This document shows positions 30,759-39,175 of a DNA stretch of 64,000 nt, piece after piece; the stretch's first letter is position 1; the number at the start of each line of letters is the position of its first letter. Origin of the DNA: an uncultured delta proteobacterium. Its GTDB lineage: Bacteria; Desulfobacterota; Desulfomonilia; Desulfomonilales; Desulfomonilaceae. The translations under genes and the position numbers were made by a program. The notes under the pieces are model-generated. The model saw nothing but the letters and a program-made list of their open reading frames with translations. It searched no databases and had not been told where the DNA came from. The DNA lies in contig CAWBKB010000001.1 of the NCBI GenBank assembly GCA_963789265.1, positions 864,001 to 928,000 of the forward strand, in the 5' to 3' direction.

Positions 30759-32795
30759 TCAGCCCATGGATCGGTCCACAAGCTCAACGAGGTCGATCAC
30801 TTCAATTTTACCCTCGTTGCCGGTGGTCTTTATGGCATCCTCCAAATTAATCAGACAGAAAGGACAAGCCGTGACAATGACCTGTGCCCCTATATCTTCC
30901 GCCATGTGCACGCGGCGCTCGCCCATTCGCTCTTTTTCTTCGTCGTTTTCGTACCAGAGCAACAGCCCCCCACCGCTGCAGCAGAAGCTTCGGGAATACG
31001 AACGTGTCATTTCTCGCAGCCGAATTCCCGGTATTCTCCTCAACACGTACCTTGGATCTTCATACACGCCGTTGTGTCGTCCCAAATAGCAAGGATCATG
31101 ATAAGTCACAACCCTCTCGCCCAAGTAATCTCCGGAAAGGGTCAGTTTTCCTTCGCGAAGAAATCGGGCTATCAGTTGACTGGCATGAACTATTGGGAAC
31201 TTTTCAGAGTAGTCGTTTTTGATCGTGTTGAAGGCGTGGGGGTCAAAGGCAACGATTTCTTTGAATTCCCGGGCTCTAAATGCCTCAATGTTCTTCGTTG
31301 CAACCTGTTCGAACAGACCTTCCTCGCCGAGCCGCCGTATTTCGTTACCCGAGTCGGTTTCGTCCTGGCCCAAGATCCCGAAATCCGAAGAGGTCCTGTT
31401 GAGAATTCGTGCAAAAGACTTCGATATTTCCTGTATTCGCGGGTCAAAAGATCCGCAACTGTCCACGAAAAACAACAAATCTGCAGAGTCGCCTTTCGCG
31501 AGCTCTTTCACCTGCACCCCATCCAGATCTTTGGTCCAAGCCGAGCGTTTCGCCTTGCTCCCGCCGTAGGCGTTTCCCTTCTTTTTGATTTGTTGCATCG
31601 GCTTCTGAAGAGATTGAGGAAGGCTCCCGTGGTCCAGGAGATACCGTCTCATATCCACGATCTTGTCGATATACTGTATAAATATCGGACACTCCTGCTC
31701 GCAGGCTCCGCAGGTGGTACAGGCCCAGATCTCTTTTTCCGTAATAATATCGCCTATGAACTCGACATCGCCTCGATCCGGCGGTGTTCCAAACACAGGG
31801 AAATACTTGTACGCGTAGTCTCTTGCCTTTATGCTGATCATCCTCGGAGAGAGTTCCCTCCCCACTGCATTGGCAGGACAGTTATCCGTACATCGGCCGC
31901 AGTCCGCGCATGAATAAAAATCCAGGATATGTTTCCACGTGAAAGCCTCGAAACGGCCCACACCACATTCCGGCAGTTCCATCCAATCGGTGACGCCGCA
32001 TTGGACAGGCTTTATTGCTCCTTTGTTCAGATTTTGGAAGAACACATTGGGAATCGCGGTTATGACATGGAAGTGCTTGGAAACGGGTAGGTAATTAAGA
32101 AGTCCAAAGAATACGAGAACATGGCACCAATAGACGACAACGTGCATGACATTTAGGGTCGGCACCGCGGTTCCGGACATGAACCAACTCGAAAGGGTCG
32201 CGGCGGGAAACAAAGCTGCCACGCCGGTTTTGCCGCTTAGTTGTAGGGCACTTCCATCGAAAACCATGTCGGTAACCATGAGCGCGGCCACCAGTCCAAG
32301 GATTACGTATGCCTCATTCTCGTGGCCACCCGTATGGTTATGAGCGTAGCGAGCGGGTCGGAATACGGCTCGCCGGATGATTGCTATAATGCACACGGCA
32401 AAAACCATGAGGACTACGTAGTCCTTGAGAATCGCATAAGAGAAGCCCGCGGAGCCGGAGAGCAGCGGTAGGTGAAACTGTGGCGAGAAGCCGCGGCCTA
32501 TGAGTGTGAGCGAACGCAGAGACAGGATCAGGAATCCGGCAAAAAGGAGTATATGGAGGATTCCCGCGCCCAGGTACCTGGGTTGTCGCCACTGGCCGAA
32601 TCCGTAAACCAGCGTCAAGCGGATTCTTTCTGCAATGTCAGAGAAACGGGCATCGGGCATCCCCAGCCTGAGGAGCTTGATACGCCGAAACATCACGTAC
32701 GAAAACATCGAGATTGCTGCGGCAAAGACGACAAAGGCCACAGCAGGGGCAGGGATGCCGGCTAGCGGAACATTGGCCGGCTCAAGGATGGTCAT
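30759..32795 (-). CDS. Membrane-bound Fe-S oxidoreductase (HdrF/DUF224 type; ETF:quinone oxidoreductase-like)
   Basis: N-terminal TM region with His residues, two CxxCxxCxxxCP ferredoxin motifs, CCG-type motifs YHDPCYLGR, CCSGGG, TACPFC; directly upstream of etfBA. Confidence 0.88.
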   Translation of the reverse strand: MTILEPANVPLAGIPAPAVAFVVFAAAISMFSYVMFRRIKLLRLGMPDARFSDIAERIRLTLVYGFGQWRQPRYLGAGILHILLFAGFLILSLRSLTLIGRGFSPQFHLPLLSGSAGFSYAILKDYVVLMVFAVCIIAIIRRAVFRPARYAHNHTGGHENEAYVILGLVAALMVTDMVFDGSALQLSGKTGVAALFPAATLSSWFMSGTAVPTLNVMHVVVYWCHVLVFFGLLNYLPVSKHFHVITAIPNVFFQNLNKGAIKPVQCGVTDWMELPECGVGRFEAFTWKHILDFYSCADCGRCTDNCPANAVGRELSPRMISIKARDYAYKYFPVFGTPPDRGDVEFIGDIITEKEIWACTTCGACEQECPIFIQYIDKIVDMRRYLLDHGSLPQSLQKPMQQIKKKGNAYGGSKAKRSAWTKDLDGVQVKELAKGDSADLLFFVDSCGSFDPRIQEISKSFARILNRTSSDFGILGQDETDSGNEIRRLGEEGLFEQVATKNIEAFRAREFKEIVAFDPHAFNTIKNDYSEKFPIVHASQLIARFLREGKLTLSGDYLGERVVTYHDPCYLGRHNGVYEDPRYVLRRIPGIRLREMTRSYSRSFCCSGGGLLLWYENDEEKERMGERRVHMAEDIGAQVIVTACPFCLINLEDAIKTTGNEGKIEVIDLVELVDRSMG

Positions 32796-32837
32796 AGATA
32801 CCTCTGCAACCTTTTCCGGAAAACTTACGAATCGTGA

Positions 32838-33527
32838 TCAACTGACGAGGACCGCCAGGATCTTTGCCGGCTTGTCTCCGTGGGCCTTGACCAGGTGCAT
32901 GCTGGTGGAATCGTAGTAAATTGCGTCCCCCGGCCTCAGCACGTCGCGAGTGCCCTCCACCATGACTTCCATCTCGCCATCCAGGACGTAGATGAACTCC
33001 TGGCCGTCATGGGAAGATGGTTCGTCAGAGGCTGCCGGCTGGAGTGTGACGATAAACGGTTCCATCATCCGGTCCTTTTTGTCAGGTGCAAGGGATTCAT
33101 ACTCGTAACCGTGGCTGGCCTGTTTTGCCATTCCAAAACGACTGAACCTGCGCCGCTCGCCGGCTCGAACTATGGTGAACGCTTCTTCTCCGGTGGATAT
33201 CACATCCGACATCTTTAGTGACAGAGCTTTGCTCAGTCGAATTAACAGTCCCAGCGGCAGGAATGCTTCGCCTGCTTCCAGCCGGGCCAGAGCATCGACT
33301 TCGATACCGGTTTTCGCGGAAAGTTCGTCGATGGAGAACCCTCGCTTCTCGCGGACCGCACGTAACTTATGCCCGTGAGATATAGCCCTTTCGTCTTCCG
33401 CCCTTTCCTTGGCCGCGGCTACGGCGTGCGGGTCGGTTAGAAGGTCGTGCCCTTCTTTCTCCTCGCCATATCCTGATACGGCCTCGCTAAAGTCTTCATA
33501 AGAAGCTATGTTATTCCTGTCATCCAT
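32838..33527 (-). CDS. XRE-family HTH regulator with cupin domain
   Basis: KLRAVREKRGFSIDELS HTH; MEPFIVTL, HDGQEFIYVLDG, GDAIYYDS cupin. Confidence 0.9.
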   Translation of the reverse strand: MDDRNNIASYEDFSEAVSGYGEEKEGHDLLTDPHAVAAAKERAEDERAISHGHKLRAVREKRGFSIDELSAKTGIEVDALARLEAGEAFLPLGLLIRLSKALSLKMSDVISTGEEAFTIVRAGERRRFSRFGMAKQASHGYEYESLAPDKKDRMMEPFIVTLQPAASDEPSSHDGQEFIYVLDGEMEVMVEGTRDVLRPGDAIYYDSTSMHLVKAHGDKPAKILAVLVS

Positions 33528-33581
33528 AATCGATCCTTTCAGGTCGCCCAATGTTGAAGAATGTGTCTCAACACCCTGGAA

Positions 33582-33911
33582 CCGAACGAAATCGTAACAC
33601 GAATGCTCTCTTGTCCCGGCAATCCCGCGTTCCGCGGGACCGGGCTACTGTCACCAGTCCCTCCGAGACGCGTGCATTTAAGCCCCATCGGGGCGATAGA
33701 AAGTAGCCCGGCAATTCATTGCCGGGTGACCCACGAGCAATGATTCAGTTGTTCGTCCCCGAAGGGCGCTCGAAGGATTCATCCTTCGAGCGCCCTTCGG
33801 GGACGAACAAGGATCTCTTGGCCGTTCATTCCCGGCGATAAATCGCCGGGCTACTATGGTGCCGTCCCTCCGGGACGAAGAGGACTCGGAGCCAATTTTA
33901 ACGCCTATGCC
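33582..33911. mobile_element. ~330-bp multi-hairpin REP/MITE-like element (family B)
   Basis: Reverse-complement homolog of 48752-49102; contains GTAGCCCGGCAATTCATTGCCGGG and the long palindrome GAAGGGCGCTCGAAGGA...TCCTTCGAGCGCCCTTC. Confidence 0.75.
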
Positions 33912-34018
33912 TCAAAATCCCCCTTTAAAAAGGGGACTCTAAGCGCTTATGGTCCGGCAAAGGTGCTCACAGCCTGAGGTGCCGGCGCAAACCTAGAGTC
34001 TATGTCACGTCACCTGTA

Positions 34019-35188
34019 TTACATCGATCTGCCTGGAACTCCTATGTTCCTGGCTATGACGATCCTCTGAACCTCCGAGGTGCCTTCGCCTATGTCGAGA
34101 AGCTTCTGGTTTCGGTAGTGTCTTTCAACAGCGTAGTCCTTCATGAGGCCGTATCCGCCATGAAGCTGCACAGCGTGGTTCGCGGCCCTGTAGTATGTTT
34201 CCGAGCAGACAAGCTTCGCCATGGCGCTGTATTTGGGATTCAATCTGTTATTATCTGCCAGCCAGCACGCCTTGTAAAGGAGCAGACGGGCCATTTCTAT
34301 TTCCGTGGCCATGTCCGCCAGCTTGAATGCATTTGCCTGGAAAGATCCTATGGGCCTGCCAAACTGCGTCCTTTTCCTGGAATAGTCGAGAGCCAACTCG
34401 AACGCCCCTTGGGCTCCGCCCAATCCCATAGCCGCAATAGATAGGCGGCCGCCGTCGAGGGTCTTGAGCATCTGATGGAAACCCTCACCTCGGCCCCCTA
34501 GAAGATTATCCTTTGGGACTCGGCAGTCTTGGAAAGTAAGCTGGCCTGTGTTGGAAGATCTCCAGCACATTTTGTCATGCATAGTTTCCGCACTAAATCC
34601 GCGGGTGCCGTTTTCGACCAGAATACAGCTCACTTCAGGCTTTCCCTCATCCGAGCGGTCCGTGACGCACTGAACCACGCAAATCGCGCTGATGTCAGTG
34701 GTCGAATTTGTAATGAAGATCTTGCTGCCATTAATTACCCATTCGTTTCCGTCGAGAACCGCACTGGTCCTGGAAGCGCCGGCATCCGAACCGGCATCGG
34801 GCTCGGTCAGACCGAATGAGGCCAGGATCTTCCCTTTACACAGGTCCGGAAGCCACTTCCTCTTTTGCTCTTCGGTGCCGAAATAATAGATGGGAGCGAT
34901 CCCCAGGGAATTACCTGCGGCTACAGTAGCTGCCTGAGACCCATCAATGCGCGCGATCTCTTCCACCATTATTATGTAGTTGAGGTAACCAACGTCGCTA
35001 CCGCCGTATTCTTCGGAAACAAAAGGGCCGAAGAAATCGAGTTCGCCCATCTTGCGGGTAAGGTCGTATGAAAATTCTTCTTTGTCGTCCAGTTCCTGGG
35101 CTACAGGCGCAATCTCCTTCTCGGCGAAGTCTCTAACGACCTTCCTGGTAAGCTCCGCATCTTTGGGAAGATCAAAGTTCAAGGACAT
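34019..35188 (-). CDS. Acyl-CoA dehydrogenase
   Basis: FGLTEPDAGSDA, NGSKIFITN, LDGGRLSIAA, RTQFG, QLHGGYG, IGEGTSEVQR. Confidence 0.95.
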   Translation of the reverse strand: MSLNFDLPKDAELTRKVVRDFAEKEIAPVAQELDDKEEFSYDLTRKMGELDFFGPFVSEEYGGSDVGYLNYIIMVEEIARIDGSQAATVAAGNSLGIAPIYYFGTEEQKRKWLPDLCKGKILASFGLTEPDAGSDAGASRTSAVLDGNEWVINGSKIFITNSTTDISAICVVQCVTDRSDEGKPEVSCILVENGTRGFSAETMHDKMCWRSSNTGQLTFQDCRVPKDNLLGGRGEGFHQMLKTLDGGRLSIAAMGLGGAQGAFELALDYSRKRTQFGRPIGSFQANAFKLADMATEIEMARLLLYKACWLADNNRLNPKYSAMAKLVCSETYYRAANHAVQLHGGYGLMKDYAVERHYRNQKLLDIGEGTSEVQRIVIARNIGVPGRSM

Positions 35189-35519
35189 GCTTTAACCCCC
35201 GTTCACTCTGGAAGATACTATTCAGATTATGAAAGGTCCCGGAAGTCCGGCGACCAATCCGGAGTCATGCTACTACATGTCAACCGGGTTTGTCTGCTGA
35301 AAAGCAGTGTTCCGGAGTCGGAATCCATCGGGCATACGGACAACTGTGGATAAACTTTATTCTCAGTGTCGTGGAAAATGCCGGGCCTGCAATGTGCCCT
35401 ACGCGACCGGGTCATTTTCTGTTTCCGCGATCGCTTTTGAGAATCATCCTAGCCGGTTTTGATCTGCCGGAACTAATGAATACAGTATTTGTAACAAGGA
35501 GTGATAGAGGAGGAGCAAC

Positions 35520-36173
35520 ATGAATCTTCAAGAACAGCTCAACGTCATAAAGAGACGTTTTGAGTCCAGCGTGCCGCCTGCAACAGTAGCCATCATGCAC
35601 CACGCCACCGAGGAGATTCGGAACTCCGGCATTTTGGATCGCACATTGAAAGTTGGACAAAAAGCGCCTGAATTCGCTCTCCCCAACGTAAATGGCGAGA
35701 TAATCGCTTCAAAGGAATTGATTGCAAGGGGCCCGCTGGTGGCGGCTTTCTATAGAGGTGTGTGGTGACCGTATTGCAATGCGGAGCTGGAAGCTCTGGA
35801 AAACGTAAACCGAACCATTGCAGCCGAGGGAGCCACACTGGTGGCAATTTCACCCCAACTGCCGAAGTATTCCGGGATCACGGCCAGGAAACACAACCTC
35901 ACTTTCGACCTGCTGAGCGATGTCGGTAACAAGGTGGCCCGGAAGTTCGGACTAGTCTTTGAACTTCCTGATTATCTGCGCCGGCTTTATCTCGAACTCG
36001 GGACGGATCTGAAAAGGTACAACGGCGACGATTCCTGGACCCTGCCCATGCCGGGCACTTTTGTAATTGAAGAGAATTCGATAATCCGGCATGCGGAGGC
36101 GGACCCTGACTACACCATTCGGCCGGATCCAGAACACATCCTGGAAGTGCTCAAGAGGATCAGATTCCATTAG
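35520..36173 (+). CDS. Peroxiredoxin-like (AhpC/TSA) selenoprotein with UxxC motif
   Basis: ORFs 35520-35768 and 35841-36173 share one frame; FYRGVW-TGA(35766)-PYCNAEL places TGA at the first Cys of the WCPYC motif; SECIS-like hairpin follows. Confidence 0.88.
35769..35798 (+). promoter_or_regulatory. Putative bacterial SECIS element
   Basis: Stem CGGAGC/GCTCTG with 5-nt loop TGGAA (G at loop position 2) starting 19 nt after the in-frame TGA. Confidence 0.65.
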
Positions 36174-36282
36174 CAGAGCATTCGACTGGCGTAAGACGTG
36201 GTGAATTTTTCATTTCTCGGGGTGAAGCGCGCCTTCGGTGCGGTGATGGGAGTTGTGAGAATCGTGGGATTGAGGCGCCCTC

Positions 36283-36360
36283 AAAGTCCCCATTTTCTAA
36301 AGGGGGATTTTCAGGGAGTTATACAAAATCCCCCTAACCCCCATTTAAGAAGGGGGAGCC
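36283..36360. repeat. Family A hairpin repeat, reverse orientation
   Basis: AAAGTCCCC...AAAGGGGGATTTTCA...AAAATCCCCC matches the reverse complement of the 10115 and 48575 copies. Confidence 0.6.
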
Positions 36361-36737
36361 CGCATCGGTCGCGATAACCTGATCCACCGAATTTAGCACC
36401 AGCGATGCGGTTCTCACGCGAAGCGTAGGGTCACCGCATCCTACAAGAAATTGGTACCTCCGGCCGATAGCGGTTGGTCCCCCAGCCTCAGGTGCCCACA
36501 CGAGTACCGTTCTCCATGCGCCAATTCGAAAAATTATTGACCATCCTGGTTGTAACTGTTACCTTTTTAAATCAAGGGACTCTACTTAAGCTAAATTGCT
36601 TTCTCCGCGTTCTCTGCGATCTCCGCGGTGAACCATTACTGTAACCCATAGTGCGGCCAATTTTGCGAGGGTCCGGCTTCGCCGTTTGAATGATCGTTAA
36701 TGTAATTGTGTTTTTTTATGTATGAGGTTTCCGCTCG

Positions 36738-38168
36738 ATGACCGCGGAAAGAGTTGCTTACACCGAAGAGCGTCGTCAACACTGGGATGCCGTTGCCCTA
36801 CAAATGGATCGCGGACCGGGATGGGGCCAATTCTACCATCAACGAGTGACGAAGATCTTTCAGACCGTTGTTCTCCCAGGACAGCGAATAATTGAATTTG
36901 GTTGTGCATACGCGGATCTTCTGGCGTCACTTGAAACTTCTGTGGGGGTTGGTGCAGACTTTTCCGCTGAAATGATTAAGTTCGCTTCGGCACGTCACCC
37001 CGAACTGCAATTTGTGAACGCGGACGTGCATGAATTGGATGTCAAAGAGACCTTCGATGTAATCATCTTATCTGATTTGGTGAACGATCTGTGGGATGTT
37101 CAACAAGTGTTTCAAACCGCTGCCACGCTTGCGGAACCACACACCAGGCTGATCATAAATACCTACAGCCGACTCTGGGAGCTTCCGTTGGCAATGACCG
37201 AGCGGCTACACCTGGCTCGGCCGACCTTGTATCAGAATTGGCTTACAGTAGAAGACATAACAAACCTTCTTAAGCTGACAAATTTTCAAGTCATCAGGCA
37301 TTGGAGCGAGATCCTCTGTCCCCTTAACATACCGATTCTTCAACCTTTCCTTAATAGGTTCCTGGTCAAGATGTGGCCGTTCAGACTAGGAGGTCTATCG
37401 AATTTTGTGATGGCACGCCCCGTTCCTAAGGATAACCCAGGCAAGAAAAAGCCGCTTGTTTCTGTCATTGTTCCGGCCAGGAACGAAGCCGGAAACATCG
37501 ATCGGATCTTCGAGCGGGTCCCCGAAATGGGCCAAGAGACGGAGCTTGTCTTCGTGGAAGGTCATTCGACCGACAACACGTACGAGGCAATTGAAAAGGC
37601 CATGAATTCCGGTTCGCACCGCAGGTGCAAACTGTTGAAACAGAGCGGCGCGGGAAAAGGAGATGCCGTGAGGTTAGGATTCGCTCAAGCCGAGGGCGAG
37701 ATCCTCATGATTCTCGACGCAGATCTGACCGTTCCTCCTGAAGACTTGCCCCGCTTTTATGAAGCGCTGGTCTCGGGAAGAGGTGAATTCATAAACGGGG
37801 TGAGGCTTGTCTATCCCATGGAAGACCGGGCAATGCGTTTTCCCAATTTGGTTGGCAACAAGCTCTTCAGCCTTGCTTTTCGCTGGACCCTGGGCCAACC
37901 TGTTAAAGATACTCTTTGCGGGACCAAGGTTCTGTGGAAAGCCCAGTACGAGATCATCGCCGCCAATCGGTCATACTTCGGATACTCGGACCCGTTTGGA
38001 GATTTTGATCTTATACTTGGAGCCGCGCGGTTGAACCTCCATATACTCGATTTGCCCATACGGTATCGCGAACGTCGGTACGGGGCAACGAACATCCAAC
38101 GCTGGCGACATGGATTGTTGCTGCTTAGGATGGCATTGGTGTCTGCACTACGACTTAAATTTGTGTGA
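36738..38168 (+). CDS. SAM-methyltransferase-like / GT2 glycosyltransferase fusion (polyprenol-phosphate sugar synthase-like C-terminal half)
   Basis: N-half IEFGC...GADFS...ADVH; C-half VSVIVPARNEAGNI, EGHSTD, GKGDAVRLG, ILDADL (DxD), DTLCGTK. Confidence 0.88.
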   Translation: MTAERVAYTEERRQHWDAVALQMDRGPGWGQFYHQRVTKIFQTVVLPGQRIIEFGCAYADLLASLETSVGVGADFSAEMIKFASARHPELQFVNADVHELDVKETFDVIILSDLVNDLWDVQQVFQTAATLAEPHTRLIINTYSRLWELPLAMTERLHLARPTLYQNWLTVEDITNLLKLTNFQVIRHWSEILCPLNIPILQPFLNRFLVKMWPFRLGGLSNFVMARPVPKDNPGKKKPLVSVIVPARNEAGNIDRIFERVPEMGQETELVFVEGHSTDNTYEAIEKAMNSGSHRRCKLLKQSGAGKGDAVRLGFAQAEGEILMILDADLTVPPEDLPRFYEALVSGRGEFINGVRLVYPMEDRAMRFPNLVGNKLFSLAFRWTLGQPVKDTLCGTKVLWKAQYEIIAANRSYFGYSDPFGDFDLILGAARLNLHILDLPIRYRERRYGATNIQRWRHGLLLLRMALVSALRLKFV

Positions 38169-38186
38169 GGCTGTCGGGTCAAGGCC

Positions 38187-38973
38187 ATGATAAAAGAACT
38201 GCTTACCCATCCGCTCGCACGAGGACTGGACCTGGACGATCCCACAACAACTGAAGTGCGTCGTCGGATAATACAGACAAAAGGATATTCTGGGGCAAAT
38301 CTATCGCGACTGGTACAGGGCGGTCCTGGCGGCCTTGCCTCGGACAGATGGCCCAGTGTTGGAATTGGGTTCCGGCGCGGGATTCCTCAGGGATTTGTTT
38401 CCCGATCTGATAACGTCGGATATTCTTCGCATTAACGACTTGTCTCTTGTGCTGGACGGTACCGAGATGCCATTCGCTGCCGGTTCGCTCCGAGCAATCG
38501 TTATGATAGATGTCCTGCACCACATTTGCCGGCCCAGGCATTTCATCAGAGAAGCGGCCCGTTGTGTGAAGCCCTGTGGAAGGCTGGTGATGATTGAACC
38601 CTGGGTCACTAACTGGTCAAGGCTCGTGTATTCGCGTCTCCACCACGAACCCTTTGATCCGGAATCCGGAGAGTGGGAGTTCCGGGCGAAAGGGCCTTTG
38701 TCGGGAGCTAACGGGGCCCTCCCGTGGATAATTTTCCGGCGGGATCGGTCGCAGTTCGCGGCAGAATTTCCTCAATGGCAAGTTACGGATATCAAACCAC
38801 AAATGCCGATCAGTTATCTCCTGTCCGGAGGAATCTCGTTGAGGGGATTTGCACCGGCGAGAACTTTCAAGGCGATCAAGCGTATCGAAGGCATCTTGGA
38901 GCCGTGGATGGACAAATTGGCCATGTTCGCTCAAATGACATTGGAACGGCTCGACGTTGAAATTGACCAATAG
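38187..38973 (+). pseudogene. Class I SAM-dependent methyltransferase, split by a +1 frameshift near 38288
   Basis: Removing one base joins IIQTKG to LGQIYRDWYRAV...VLELGSGAG...DVLHH...MIEP. Confidence 0.75.
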
Positions 38974-38974
38974 T

Positions 38975-39175
38975 CCACCGCGGAGAACGCAGAGATCGCG
39001 GAGAATTTTGGTTTCGATGCGTGTCTATGCGATGCAGCACGGCAAATTTTAGCCAGTGGCAGGGAAAGAAATTCAAGATTGACTATACGCTCCGGCGACC
39101 CACATGACGCTGAATAAGATATCTTTTTTCTCTGCGTTCTCGGTGCATCCCGCGACTCGCGGGACGGTGAATCAT
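38975..39175. repeat. CCGCGGAGAACGCAGAG-type repeat pair (family C)
   Basis: Inverted pair here; related copies at 36601-36637 and 46277-46345, the latter also sharing TGCGATGCAGCA. Confidence 0.55.

Noticed and set aside
30702..31913. Long antisense ORFs (30702-31913, 7799-8545, 56884-57951, 41496-42197 and others)
   Set aside because: Shadow frames opposite well-supported genes, with no recognisable motifs
35345..35353. Perfect DnaA box TGTGGATAA
   Set aside because: Single occurrence with no box cluster, unwinding element or origin gene context
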